Shown: positions 27,925 through 41,935, counted from the stretch's first letter. The stretch is DNA of 64,000 nt from Azolla caroliniana (GCA_043228905.1 JBHGNT010000003.1:23808001-23872000), one strand, 5' to 3'. Notes: generated from the letters alone by a model not told the origin. Translations and numbers: made by a program.

Positions 27925-28755
27925 GCCATCAAAAGTAATTTCTTCACATTATTCATTAGGAAGAGACATTTATCTTATTGATCATTCAGAATATTTATGG
28001 TGCCTCAAGATGAAGATTCGCAACATGTTTGACCTCATATTTCCATTTCCTTTTTCAACCTACACTTCTATTTACAAACCCATTATGACTTTACAGAGAC
28101 AAACATCAATGCATGGCTTATAACTGTGATGTTTTGAAGTAAAAATTATAAGCTTTGGGGATGAATTTTTTCCAAGATATCTTGATCCATGTATACCATG
28201 CGCCATCAAAAGTAATTTCTTCACATTATTCATTAGGAAGAGACATTTATCTTATTGATCATTCAGAATATTTATGGTGCCTCAAGATGAAGATTCGCAA
28301 CATGTTTGACCTCATATTTCCATTTCCTTTTTCAACCTACACTTCTATTTACAAACCCATTATGACTTTACAGAGACAAACATCAATGCATGGCTTATAA
28401 CTGTGATGTTTTGAAGTAAAAATTATAAGCTTTGGGGATGAATTTTTTCCAAGATATCTTGATCCATGTATACCATGCGCCATCAAAAGTAATTTCTTCA
28501 CATTATTCATTAGGAAGAGACATTTATCTTATTGATCATTCAGAATATTTATGGTGCCTCAAGATGAAGATTCGCAACATGTTTGACCTCATATTTCCAT
28601 TTCCTTTTTCAACCTACACTTCTATTTACAAACCCATTATGACTTTACAGAGACAAACATCAATGCATGGCTTATAACTGTGATGTTTTGAAGTAAAAAT
28701 TATAAGCTTTGGGGATGAATTGTTTCCAAGATATCTTGATCCATGTATACCATGC
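27925..28755. repeat. Three near-identical 277-bp tandem units within Copia gag remnant
   Basis: gccatcaaaagtaatttc starts at 27925, 28202 and 28479; only one difference seen (28722). Confidence 0.95.
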
Positions 28756-29447
28756 CCTAAATTGTCATCAAACCTTTGCAGTATGAAATGCTTCATCTGT
28801 TACATTAAGGTGAATTACAGTCATGAAATTATATCTTACGTGACAAATAATGTGTGCGAGCATACAAAGAAAGAATGGCCTAAAATAATGAAGGCCAATA
28901 TTAACATAAGCTTTAAGGAGGAGATAGCAACAGCATTACATTATTATAATTTAGAAGGCATATGCATTAGAAGTTTTGAGCTCTAGTGTAATACACTATT
29001 ATAACTTTGCTGTTAAGTGCTAATGCCTCACTGTCCGAAGTACCATTCGTTAAAATTTTAGTGCATCATCTGAAATGCCTCACCAGAAAAAAGAAACATT
29101 AAAAAATGTTACTTATTTCAAAATATGCTCTCTCAATCATAGAAAATGGGTTTATAAAACAACAAATGGTTATAGGCAAATATTATTTGCATGAAACCGG
29201 CAAATTAAACTTTATTAGGAACAATGAAAGCATTATACCGGTAACAAGAACAAGGTCAATTTGTTATTTCATATTGAGGCATTTTACGATTTGTTCCTTT
29301 CCCCGTAGTCTCTTAGAAAACACTCTATGATGTACATTTTGGAAAAGGAATTGCTGCAGACAATACCTTTTTTCCTACTGATGCCTGGACAAAAAGGAGG
29401 TCATATAATCATTTTCTTTTTTCTTAACAAGCCTTGAAATGACAATG

Positions 29448-32400
29448 CTAAATGATGGCTTGAATCCCCAATTGTTGCATTTCTCGGAGTTGCCATTGTG
29501 GAAACAATTCATCCTCGTCCATCTCTTCTGGGCTCACCTGTTGCATTGCCCATGCATAATATACAGTAAGTATATCATCCTTGGCACCTTGTGTTATCTT
29601 CCCATGTTTATCTCGCACACAAAATATTTGCTGTGTCTGAAACTGAATGTAAAAACCAACCGCCAAATGGAAACAAGTATTAGCAGGGAGAAATTTGGGA
29701 AGACAAACACCAAATTACCCCAGGGTATTTTAAAATTCCTATATTTTAGGCATTACCATCGTAGAAAAAAGCAAAAAAACAAATGCTGGTTTGTGTAAGG
29801 TCGTCACTACAGAAATGATAACTAAGACATGCTTCATCTCTTTTACAGAGAATTTTTGTATTGCAATTGTAACTTATCACAGTACTATATTTTCAGAGAA
29901 AATAACCAAAGAAGTGGATTATGTAATATCATTACAGTAATAATGATGATTGGAACATTGCCCATCAGCTTCGTCTCTTTCAATTCTATGTCAGAAATGT
30001 GGAGAATCTGTAAATAAGATAAACCCCTAAATTATATGATAAGAACAGGGGCAAAACACCTTATTATATCGACAGATGTGAGCACACCTTATTATCAAAG
30101 AAGATCCCTTGAGACTCATATGCCCTTCGTTCAGCTCTACAGCGATCAATCACTTCTCTACTACATCGTGTCTGGAGTGCCTCAATATCACCCTGTATGA
30201 AATTTGAAGCTATAAATCCTATGGCAGTAACCCTTATTAACCGTCTTTTATGGTTGCCATAAGATATATTACCTTCAAATAAGCTTGTAGAACATCTCGA
30301 GCATTTTCCTGAACCTCAGACAGAAAATCTGGAAAAGTGAATGTCCTGGCAATGACGGAAGGCACAGTTGGGTCAAGTTTAGCATATATCCAGTAGATAC
30401 AATGAAGTTGTACAGGTTATGGGAACTAACGGATCTCTTTTTCGAATCTCCTTTAATGCCATAGCAGTTGCAGTCTCTCCAAACAAAGATTCATTTAAGC
30501 TGTGGAGAACCATAGGTCATGATTGCATGACATTAAACCAATACTGAAGTTCAAAATTATATGTAGTTAGCAAGACATACTCTTGTATCTTATGCACCAT
30601 TGGACTATCACTTGTTTCCCATTTCTCCCTCAGATCCTCAGCTATCTAGTATTCAAGTTTTGCAAAATGCTTTAGACAGTTCAGCCTAGACAAACAATAG
30701 TTCATAATCAATTGATCAGTTAGTTACCTCTTGTCCTTTAAGAATTACAGGATGTTTCTTCACTCCTTTGAATCGCTTATATATCTTATTTGACTCAGCC
30801 TATAAATCACATTGTTCAACCATACAAACTACATAAAAATACGACAACTTCACTGAAAAAACACTACAAAATATGGTGTCTAGTTAATTTTGATGGCAAT
30901 TATATACTAAATAATACAACATTATAATCCCACCTTCCCTTTAAAGAAGTCCCAACGTTTTTCCCATGCAGATCTTTTCTGAACAACAGGAATCATAGCA
31001 GTACTACTACTTCTTGGTGCATTAGATGCTTCAGGGTATTTTGCCTTTTCCTTTGCTCTCACCCTTGCCTTCTTCGATGAAGATGTGGTCAATTCCTCTT
31101 TGGCAATATCATATCCTTGCTTTGCAATATCAATTATTTTTGTTCTTTTCACTTTATCTAAGAGAAAAGAGGCTGAAGAGGAAAGTGATCTGAATGGATT
31201 CACAAATTTACTGAAAAATGAATCAGTTCTCGGAATTTCACTTTTACGGGACTCTTTTCTCTCTGAACTCGAGGAGGTTGCATACGCACTACTATCCTCT
31301 TTTGGTATTTCCCTAGAATTTTCTTCAGTTGTGAAATTAACAGATTCTTTAACCTGCAAAAGAGCCTAATTTTTTAATTACATGTTTGAAATATTTATGG
31401 AGGGAACAAAATCTGATAGAAGAATATAAACCTAAAGCTAAACTTCAATTATTTAAGCATACTTTCCCACGATTTTTTATTGTCTCATGAATGAAAAGGA
31501 ACCTCAGCCTATATAAATAAAGAATAATTTCCCTGCAAATATAGAAGCTAAATTCCTGTGGATTGGAGGTATTATCTCATAATTGCCTATCATTTCATGC
31601 ATAACCTCAGCCCAGTACTTCCCAATAATTGTATATTATTTGATGCCTAAAGAGGGAAACAATTTCCCAAACACTATAACAAAGAGCATCCTTCTCCATT
31701 TTCAATGCTTATAATTTATTCAAAACCAAGTTTAAATAACATCATACCTGCGATGTAACTCCCGAAACCTTCTCTTTAGTCTCGTGAACTTTCTCCTTCA
31801 CCACAGACGAAACCTAAAACAAACAAACAATCTGAATTTACCAAAATACCCACTTTCTACCTTAATAATACATATTTCAGACCAAACAATACTTGCACAC
31901 CTTCCTGGCTCTGGCTTCCGCTTCTTCGCGAACCACATCCACGTGTTTGTATATCCTATCTGCGGTCTCCTTTGTTCTGCATGCGCCATTTTGTCACCTC
32001 TTCCAACATCAGGTCCTCCCTCCTCTCAGGGTGGGAATGAACATCTGCGTGCTTTATATCCGAGCACAATTTTTGTTTGAGCCTAATAAAATAACACACT
32101 GTTGAGCACACAGCTAGCAGGGGCTTCAGCCCCTGACACTAGCTGGAGAACTCGGCTATTTACCTGCTCTTGAGATCGCCCACCTTCTCTTTCAGCTCTT
32201 GTATAGATTTCTGCAACTCCGGATTTCTGAGCAAAAAGATAAGAACAAAATCATAACTCATCGTCAACTTTGACAATCACCATCCTCATCATCGACGATG
32301 ATATCATGGCCATTCTCATCATCAGCAATGAGGATATCACTGTCATCCTAATCATCATCAATGATGATATCATGGCTATCATCATTCTCGTCCTCAAATG

Positions 32401-33648
32401 ATTTGAATCATCATAATTATTAAGGATAAGGTATCCTTGGTTTGCAAAAATGCCAAACAATCTTTTCAGCTCCTGGTTAGAAATTATTTACAAAGGAAAC
32501 AGAGTCCATTGAAAATGCTTGATAACGGGAACAAAATCCAGCCGAAATAGATAGAACTGCTACATAATGTGTTCAGGAGAAAGGTACCCTCATTCTCTAA
32601 AATGTTAACAGAATTATTGAAGTTCCGAGTAGAAATACTTGTGACGGAAATGAAATAATAATAAAGCTCTAGAATTGTAAATGTTCTACTAATTCTTATA
32701 GATATGTGGTGTATTCTTATGACTGCTATCATTTTATTTGTAAAAAAGAACTTGGACCATATATTAAACATTTTTACGCATTGATCACCATCATTCAAAC
32801 AGCAGTATTTGAAATGAAGGAAAATATTTGGAAAAACAAAAACAGTATTCTTGTGCACTTACTTGTCCACTTCTCCTTTCAATCGTTTGGAGAATTCTTG
32901 AAATATGCCCATATTCCGAACATGTGAATTCATGCATCTAAGTGGAAATAACGGGCCATGTACATGGATTTGTAACTGCATAAAAAAGCCACAATTGTTT
33001 CTCGCTAAGCTATTTATGGATTTCACTTTAATTTTTTCCCTGTGTGCACTGTGGATATATTTCAGATAATTTCAATGTTCTAACTTCGTGTGCGCACCAT
33101 ATAGTTTCTGTGTAAGCTATGAAAAAGTTGAAGTAAATACTAAATTATACAACTTTCGATAAGCCCACAATTATACATTTCCTTCGTATAACTCTTAAAT
33201 TCTGCATTTTTCGCTATGCTATGTACAGGAACCTTACATTACACATTCTTTGTATGCTGTGAATGGAATTCATGTGAACATTAAATTATGCCATTGAGCA
33301 GCAACATTATCAAAACATTACTACCTTGTGCTATATAATTTCTCATAAACCATAATCCCCATATAGTTTCTATCTGGGCAAAGTATACTATCACATAAAC
33401 CCTGAATTATAATATTCCCATAAAATCCTAAAGGATACATTTTTTCTATGAGATCTAAATGATATACTTCACACGATCCATTCATTTCCTATGCAAGCTA
33501 CGCACAGATTCCGCACAAAACCGTCAAACCAATCGGCACAGCAAAACAGAAACAGAGACAAAAAGAAAACAAGAAGTACCTGTCGATTCCATGATCCATG
33601 AAGAATCTGAACTGTTCGAGCTCTGAAGAGACGTTCTGCAACAGTCAT
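29448..33648 (-). CDS. TIM44: Mitochondrial import inner membrane translocase subunit TIM44 (multi-exon)
   Basis: Spliced segments MTVAERLFRART..., GIFQEFSKRLKGEVDK|NPELQKSIQELKEK, ETKLMGNVPIIIIT|FQTQQIFCVRD...WQLREMQQLGIQAII*. Confidence 0.9.
32250..32415. repeat. ATC-rich ~30-33 bp minisatellite in a TIM44 intron
   Basis: Repeated catcatc..atgatatcatggc units. Confidence 0.7.
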
Positions 33649-33662
33649 GGTTGCTTGGACGG

Positions 33663-33729
33663 AAACCCTAATCTGCGAGCAGAAACCCTAAAAATATAGA
33701 CCGCAAACATAGGTGTCACACTTAGGGTT
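33663..33729. promoter_or_regulatory. Telo-box motifs (AAACCCTA) at the 5' end of TIM44
   Basis: aaacccta at 33663 and 33683, tagggtt at ~33723. Confidence 0.5.
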
Positions 33730-33905
33730 CTATATAGAAATAAATGGGAAATTTACCAAAATATCCTTGATGTTTAATTAAACGCCGCAAATACCACTCA
33801 CATTGAAAGGCGTAAAATTCCCAATGTGTTTAAAATTCTTGCTGTCTCCACTATTTCTTTTGTTCTTTGTATTATGTAGTTATGTACCCACCTCTTTCAC
33901 ATAGA

Positions 33906-34456
33906 TAGCCATGGCCCATGGGCCTGGTTTCAGCTCAAACCAAATAGAACCGTTGAGCTATGGTTTAAGTTTTTAACTATTTATCGGTTCCAAAATAATT
34001 AAATGGCTTGGTTTGGTTTGGATTACTTCTAAACAGTTCGGCTTTAGTTTGGTTTGGTTCGAAAACTCCGATTTATCGGTTTATAAGTTTAAGTGGTTTG
34101 GTTTAAAGGTTTATTGGTTTTCTTTTTCTTTTTCTTAATGATTTATTAATTTAATGGTCTAATTAATGTTTTTTTATTGATTTAACTTGAATGTTTATTT
34201 GATTTAATGGTTTAATTATGCTTTTTTATTGATTTAATTAATTTAACTTAAATGCTTATTTAATTTAATGTGTTTTTGTTTGTTTCATTTTCAAATTAGT
34301 TTGACTTAAATGGTTTAGCTTACCTTTTCTCAAATGATTTGGTTGAATGGTTTTAGAGTTCATAAACAGATTGGTTTGGTTTTTGTTTTATATGAATGAT
34401 TCGGTTCAGTTCTATTCTATTTTCAAGGCAACGAAACCAAACTGGGCCCATTGCTA
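33906..34456. mobile_element. hAT-like MITE, copy 2 (opposite orientation to copy 1, left TIR degenerate)
   Basis: Ends in GGGCCCATTGCTA; both subtermini align with copy 1 (gccttgaaaa...; gctcaaacc...). Confidence 0.7.
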
Positions 34457-36059
34457 GGTTCAGCGAGAAGGGTTCAAGACTCATTGGTTGCCCATATGTC
34501 ATTATAGGATGTAGGGCTTGTATGCTTCCTCTCTCGCCTTTCCCCCCCAAGTTTCCAAGATTTCTCCCTCAAGTTTTCTCTAAGTGTGTTTGCATTGCCA
34601 CAAAATATAGTGTGACCAGAAACAATCTACATCTCATAACTCATTCACTTGCTCAATCAATGAAAACTAGCAAATCTTCTCACAAAGATATGGAGCATAG
34701 CGGTAAGATTGGACACATTGACCCATCCACACGAGAATGTTGTACTATTGTGTTGAGGAGTCTCAACTCGAGACTTTAATGTTTCCCAAGGGTGGCTCTT
34801 ATCTAATTATAGTGAGGGTGTCTTGTTCTTTTCGTAGGTGGTATGGGACATCTTCCAAGCCAAAGTTCGTTAACTCTCTTTGATAACAATGTGATCTTAT
34901 ACGTATTTTAACTTCTCATGCACTCTATTTGAGTGTTGTTGAGTTAATGTCAATGACCCAACAATATTATGATGGGTGTAAGAGTACCCTATCTTCCATA
35001 AGAAAACTCTCAAATTCCCACCACTTGAACTCTTCTTCAAGTCTCAAGGACCTTTCCATCACCGTGTTGCATCCATATTCTTGACATTTCTCTCCTATAT
35101 GGTGTTTTCCTTCCTCCATGGCCAAAATACTAGTCATTGAAGTATAAATTCATATTGAATGTCCTAAAGTTGTGATGCCTCACTTGTTCTAGTGACTTAC
35201 CTTTTATTTTCAATGGTTAGGTGGTATGTGAGGTTTGGTCAGCATTCTTGCATACTTTGTAAAGCATGTAGGCCCCCCTCTACTGGCCATGTTAGCTTGC
35301 TTCAATTGCCTTGCTAAGCGTGGGTCACATTTGATGTCTCATGGAAATAAACTTCTAGCAAATTGGGAGCGATTGAAATATTGGCATCATCTTCTGGTAT
35401 GGTTGGACTATCCTTGAGCTTTCTTTTGAGAGGAGTAAGCTTGTCTTGCGGAACATCGAGGAAACCATTCAATTGTGGGATTTCTGTGACATCCTCTTCC
35501 ATGTATTGTTGATTGGACTCTCTCATTTCAAAAAAATGAAGATGAAAAAGGGGTAAAACAAGACAAGAAAAGGAGGATGAAAGGTTCAACCAACATTGCT
35601 CGAGATGCATGACACCAAATCCCCTGGAGGCAACACCATTGAAAGGGATATGACTTTGCCAATGACGTTGCATGTTCGAAATATACCTGGCACAACTCAC
35701 TCTTTGCTTTTCTATCAAGGGTATCTTAAGACAAGGACACGACTCTCTCTTTGCTAGGGCATCTTCAGATGGCGCACTTACCACTTTGACTCATTTCGAT
35801 GACATGGTACATTCCAATCAAGTAATGCTTCATTGGGGACCTGAAACGTGGAACATTGGTCACAACTGCTCCTATTTACTTCTTCTCTCTCGTCGAAGGC
35901 ACCAACTCATGAAATGTGAGAGGCAACTTGTAACCCTTCTGATTGGGGGGGGGGGGGGGGGGTTGCCGACACTTGTCCATTGACGGAACCCAGGAGGTCC
36001 TTCGTTCACACCTTACCATGAGGTTGTTTGCTGGCACGTGAGTTTTCTCTCGTTTTACA

Positions 36060-36500
36060 CACACGTGACACACATACTCTCTCTCTCTCTCTACACACAC
36101 ACACTCTCCTTTCACTCTCTCTCCAAACACACACACACTCTCTCCTTCCTCTCTCTCTACAAATACACACACACACTCTCTCCTTTCTCTCTCTCTCTAC
36201 AAACACACAGACACACACACTCTCCTTTCTCTCTCTCTACAAACACACACACACACACACTCTCCTTTCTCTCTCTCTACAAACACACACACACACACAC
36301 TCTCCTTTCTCTCTCTCTACAAACACACACACACACACACACTCTCTCCTTTCTCTCTCTCTACAAACACACACACACACACTCTCTCCTTTCTCTCTCT
36401 CTACAAACACACACACACACACTCTCTCCTTTCTCTCTCTCTACAAACACACACACACACTCTCCTTTCTCTCTCTCTACAAACACACACACACACACCC
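36060..36500. repeat. Compound (CT)n/(CA)n higher-order repeat, ~11 units of ~38-44 bp
   Basis: Unit tctcctttctctctctctacaaacacacacacac repeated with variable CA length. Confidence 0.95.
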
Positions 36501-36815
36501 ACACCATGCTCGTGATTCCAATCCCGCGAGATATACGCTTCCATTTGATTTAATGCACAGAGAAAGAAGACGAAGAAGAAGAAGATGCTGATGATGACGA
36601 CGAAGAAGAAGAAGAAGAAGAGAAACAGAGAATTTTACAGAACACAAAAAACAGAGAGTTGCTGTGAGGAAACAAGAGATATGAACCCTTAAAGTCATCA
36701 CTAATCCTAAATTCATCCCTGTAAACTGAGACATAAACTCCTCTCTAGCTAACCCCAAACCTTAGATTCTAACCCCAACCGTAACCTGCATTCTTTTTGT
36801 GCTTCTTCTTCTGCC

Positions 36816-38253
36816 ATGACCGTGCATGATATTAAGTCTGTGGGTAGGTATCAGCTGGGCCGAACTCTGGGCGAAGGAAGCTTTGCTACGGTCAAATTTG
36901 CAAGAAACAGAGAAACTGGAGAGGCTTTTGCTATCAAAATTATTGATAAAGAACATATATTGAAGCATAAGATGGCTACTCAGGTAACCATAGACTTTCA
37001 ATTTCAAAATGACATAAAGTTCTAATTTGAAAACCCTGAAATTTACTTTTTGTTTCTAAATGCTAGATGAAGAGAGAGATAACAACAATGAAGCTCATTA
37101 AACATCCAAATGTGGTTCATTTAAAAGAGGTGTTTTATCATACGTGTACAACTATCGTTTTTCTCTCGATGAACCTGTTGATTACCAGATTGTTGACTTT
37201 TACACAGGTTTTGGCAAGCAAAAAGAAGATCTACATTGTGCTTGAGTATGCGAATGGGGGTGAACTCTTCCAGAGAATTGTAGGGTTTTTTTCTCATCAG
37301 ATATTAGTTCGATTGCATTATAAACAACTACCTACCTTCTCCCCTACATTAATGTAGTAGATTAGTTAGGAAACATGCTCATTAGCTCATGGATGGCCAC
37401 TAATCTGGATAGCTATGATGGGGTCATAGATCTAAACTTTTATAAATAGGGATCCAGTACCTTATGATGATATCCTTCCATCTGGTTGGCCATAGTCTCA
37501 ATGATTGTCTATATGGTTTGAACATAGACCTAAGAAAGCATGGCGAATTTGTATGAATAGGGTTCTATTATTTTGTATGATTATGTCCTATGCCTGTATA
37601 AAGGGTTGACTGGTATAGACAGAGATTCCATTAATGTATGATTACTTATTTCATATGAGCTAATGGTCATATCACATGAATGTGGCTTGATTAATTATGA
37701 TGCATCGATTCGTTGATCTGACTGATTTGTCGACTAAAGGTGGAATCAGGAAAACTCCCAGAGAATGAAGCCAGAAAGTACTTTCAGCAACTTATTCATG
37801 CTGTTGATTATTGCCATAGCCGAGGGGTTTATCACCGAGATCTCAAGGTGAGGCAAAACAAAGAGTTTAGGGAGTTAAAAAGGTTTAAAACTTCTGGTTC
37901 TCATGGTTGTGTTTCTATTTCCTCAATGCATGTGTATCAGCCAGAAAATCTACTATTGGATGTGAATGGGAATCTCAAGGTCTCAGATTTTGGGCTTAGT
38001 GCTCTCTCACAGCAACATCAGGTGAGGGTGTCCAAATGTACATCGGCTCTTAAATGTGGTGATATGACAGTGAATATGGAATGTTATAATAATGTCCGGA
38101 AGATTTATGAAATGTGGTAGTAATGATTTATTCGAACAAAGTTACAACCATTGTCTGATACATGATACAAGTATTTCATTCAAGTCAACAAAGAAAGATG
38201 AAGAGAACAATGACTAGTAACTCCAGAGCTCAGAATCAACAGATCTGGGTACA

Positions 38254-38293
<40 letters not shown>

Positions 38294-40175
38294 CCATTAT
38301 GATTGGAGAGTATATATATAACATGATTAGAAGGGTTTTTGTATGTATACTACTTTTATGTAAAAAAAGAGGCTGGAATTACATGTTCATACAGGACGAT
38401 GGGCTGCTTCATACCACATGTGGAACTCCTAATTATGTTGCTCCCGAGGTTTGTATTTACGAGTTCTCTCTTGTTTGATCAGATGTATTTGCTGTTCCTA
38501 AGCTAAATCTGCATCTTTGCACTGTATATGACATAGGTCCTCAATGAGAAAGGTTATGATGGTTCCTTGGCTGATCTCTGGTCATGTGGAATTATTTTGT
38601 ATGTGCTTCTAGCTGGATACCTTCCATTCGATGATTTAAACATCATATCACTATACAAGAAGGTATGATGTTTCTTTATCCTTCGAATCCTTATTTTGGA
38701 AATGTTACATCAAAATGATGCCTAAACTCTTCTTCCTTCCAGATTGGGAAGGCTGATTTTACTTTTCCCACTTGGTTCTCGAAAGGTGCCAAGAATATTA
38801 TAAAAAAAATTCTCAATCCTAAACCGAGGAAGGTGCTTAAAATTCCTGACCGAATGTAGGTTGATATTTTATGCGTCTTTTATGTGTTGTAAGTTCGTTA
38901 CTTAAGACATCTATCTATCCTTGGGTATTTCTGTGCAGAGGATGACCATGGCTGAAGTGCTAACTGATGAATGGTTCAAAGTAGGAGAGATTCGTTCCAT
39001 GTGTAATTGTTATGAAACTCTGGATGTTGATGATGTGGATGCTGCATTTGGTAGCGGAGAGGGGGTAACATATACTTCAGCTTTGACTTGTTAACTTATG
39101 TATCAATGTTAAGAATATCAATGATAAACTAGTATTTATGTGGATTGTTTATGAAGTACTCATGAAATGAGCTCAAAGTCAATATGTGAAAACTCTTTAC
39201 AACGAAAATAGCATCAAACTTACTGCTTCATACTTGTTTCTGAGACCATAGAAATTATAAAGCATAAACTTTACCACTACACCATCTCATTTATACATGC
39301 ATCTTTTTGAAAAAATACACACATTAGCATTTAGTATGTATCCTGATTGTATAGGAAAAGCAGCTTGTTGAGCAATCATGGCCAATGATCATACATTATG
39401 TTTCAGCATGAATCACAATTGTGTAGGAAAAGCTTGTTGTCGAGCAATCACGGCCTTCCCTCCTGAATGCATTCGACCTTATTTCCATGTCTCATGGTCT
39501 TGATCTGTCTGGGCTTTTTAAAGAGCAAAAGGTATATATTTCTGTTTTGAAGATATGATAGTCAAAATTGAGGAACTTCTGAATTTACATCTCTAAATTA
39601 CATTCTTTGACAACAGAGTTTGATCAAGAATGAAACAAGGTTCACATCCAGACATCCGGCTAGTGAGATTTTGCACAAAATAGCCTCCCTTGCAAGAACT
39701 TTTGGCTTTAAAGTGGAGAAAAAACCCAATTGCAAGGTACATGAAAATAATGATTACTAACTACCCTTATGCATTTGATTTCTAAAGATGGAACATATGC
39801 TTAACTAACGTGAATCATGTTCACAATACATAGTTAAAGATGCAGTGTGAAAGGCCAGGACGAAAAGGTTGTTTGACAGTGGCAAGTGAAGTGAGTTATT
39901 AATTAATATAGTTGCATTGTGTTCATTTAGCTGAATATTCAAGGGCGTCACCGTTACTCATTCGTAACTTGTCATTATGTTAGGTGTTTGAATTTGGACC
40001 ATCTTTGTTCATGGTTGATATAAAAAAATTAAATGGGGATACTTTGGAGTACAAAAAGGTAAGCCAGAACATAGTTTCATGTTTATTGTGTTTAATGTTA
40101 TTGTGTTAGCCATATAAAGGACTCTTTGAGTAGCACCTTAGTCCAACCCCTCATTATTAGAACTGCTATTGTGTT

Positions 40176-40227
<52 letters not shown>

Positions 40228-40607
40228 GCTTTAATTCATAGAACATATGTGTTATCATGCTTGAATGGAGCCAATGAGGCCAAAGGGTATGGCCATTAGC
40301 TCGTGGATGACCATTTTACTGGGCATGATTATGCAAATGTTCACAACAAAAAAAAGTGGACACCTAATAGAAAATAATTTTAATGGTGCTGATTGGACTT
40401 TATTTGGGTGGACTGTAACAAACTTAGGATGAAGATAAATGAGTTGAATGTGGGTGGTGGCTTACAAAATTGTTATCTTTGTATGTATTTTAAATTGTAG
40501 GTTTTCTTTTGCTTTTATAGTTTCAGGAGGAGCTCTCGGTGGGATTGAAAGATATTGTGTGGACAACAGAGGATATGGCAATGGGTGGCACTAGTAAATG
40601 TGAATAA
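36816..40607 (+). CDS. CIPK: CBL-interacting Ser/Thr protein kinase (intron-rich clade), ~14 coding exons
   Basis: [26 protein letters not shown]|[29 protein letters not shown] motif [33 protein letters not shown]; GT-AG introns. Confidence 0.93.
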
Positions 40608-40999
40608 AAAAATGAAATTGAAAAACCAATTACTAGAGGTTGAGGGTTGATTAGTCGATGAAACCCAAATTATTTATGAAGAATTGAGCCAACCTACGTT
40701 TTTGCTCTTCCTTATAATCACACTAGGAAACAACCGAAACGTAAATGCAAAACAACCTTCGCTGAAGGAAGACATGTAAGATTTTTTCTAAAATTTACTT
40801 GTGCATACACTTATTTTGTAATACCTCTTGCATTGACTTTCTCAAGGTAAGATGAAATGAAAACAATTTGTACATTTAGTCAATAAACAATTAAAATCAA
40901 GAAATAGGAGGGTTGAGATCCTCCATTTAATGTCATTGTTGTCCTTACAAGATTTGAGATAGCCAAGAAGGATAATATACAAATTGACGAAGTGTCAAA

Positions 41000-41935
41000 T
41001 GATTGCAAAAGTCCTAATGTCTAAAGAGGCAAACAATACGAGATTGCCTTCGAACCAAATCAGCCAATAAGCCCATACAAAAATATTTCAAATGGTTTGA
41101 GATTTGATTGTAGAATCCTAGAAGACACTCCAAAGCTAGAATAACTTCCAAAAGTGCGAATTGCACATATTTGGTGACAATAATAATATTGTGTAATAAC
41201 ATGCCCAATGGTCGGTATAGACTTATAGTATACTTTTATTTAGTTGGGTACACCATCTGCGATTGATAGCCATCATTTTTGTTCTTGTGACAACAAATGA
41301 ATGTGCTATAACAAAGAAAATATTGGTAGATGAAGGCTAAAAAGCAACGACAAATTGTTTCTGGGGCAACCTTAAATTATTCTTGCTACCGAAATCAATT
41401 TGCCATGGGTTAATGTATTGCAATGATACTCTAGCTTTTTAGCAAAGATATCAATAGGGAGCAAAGAAAAATTGCCAATCTTGGAGATTTTTCTTCTATT
41501 AGAGTCATGAGTGTATAGTCTAGTACAAATTGCTATATCTTGTGCCAAAGAGATAGAAAAGTATGCCATGATTATGGTTCAAATGAGGAGTACATAGGCC
41601 ACCACACCAACTTATCCAATGGAAACCCTTTTCATGTAGAACGTGATGATGAGCCACATAACATCTTGATGGTGAACCAAGCCACCATATCATGATGTCT
41701 AGTGGACACCATTTCATGTCAAAAGACCACCAAATGTGGCTTCACACTTGGCAAAAAATTGTTGGCTTTGCAAGGAACTTGGTTTATCAACATCTTGCTC
41801 CATATGATATCACTAGCCAAATCAATGAAGTCGTGTTCCTTCTCGATTCTCCCTCCTTATATGTGTCTTAATCTAGTGGAACCTTATATTTCAATATGTA
41901 TATTTGAATTGTGCGGTTCCTCCTCTACCTCTGGG
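41000..41935 (-). mobile_element. Degenerate L1-type LINE ORF2 fragment (post-RT region); boundaries approximate
   Basis: Minus-strand remnants resembling MLINQV.LAKPT and KGFHWISW..LC.P motifs of plant L1 ORF2. Confidence 0.45.

Larger units (their letters stand above)
25300..28790 (-). mobile_element. Highly degenerate Ty1/Copia internal region (gag, protease, integrase, RT remnants); boundaries approximate
   Basis: Minus-strand remnants DGSISRHKARLVAKG (RT, ~26300-26345), QQHGVVERKNRTI (integrase, ~27000), gag-like VAYMLGGLREDDNWKAFITSI (~27830); gene order fits Copia. Confidence 0.75.

Noticed and set aside
27860-28677. Three repeated ~81-aa ORFs; possible peptide-gene or CRISPR-like array
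   Set aside because: Antisense to the Copia gag remnant; contiguous 277-bp units with no unique spacers.
34600-35940. Decayed coding-like sequence on the minus strand (HIPFNGVAS loosely resembles hAT transposase motifs)
   Set aside because: Too degenerate to assign without a translated search.
36006-36591. Long ORFs rich in HT/LS/CV repeats
   Set aside because: Translation artefacts of the CT/CA repeat array.
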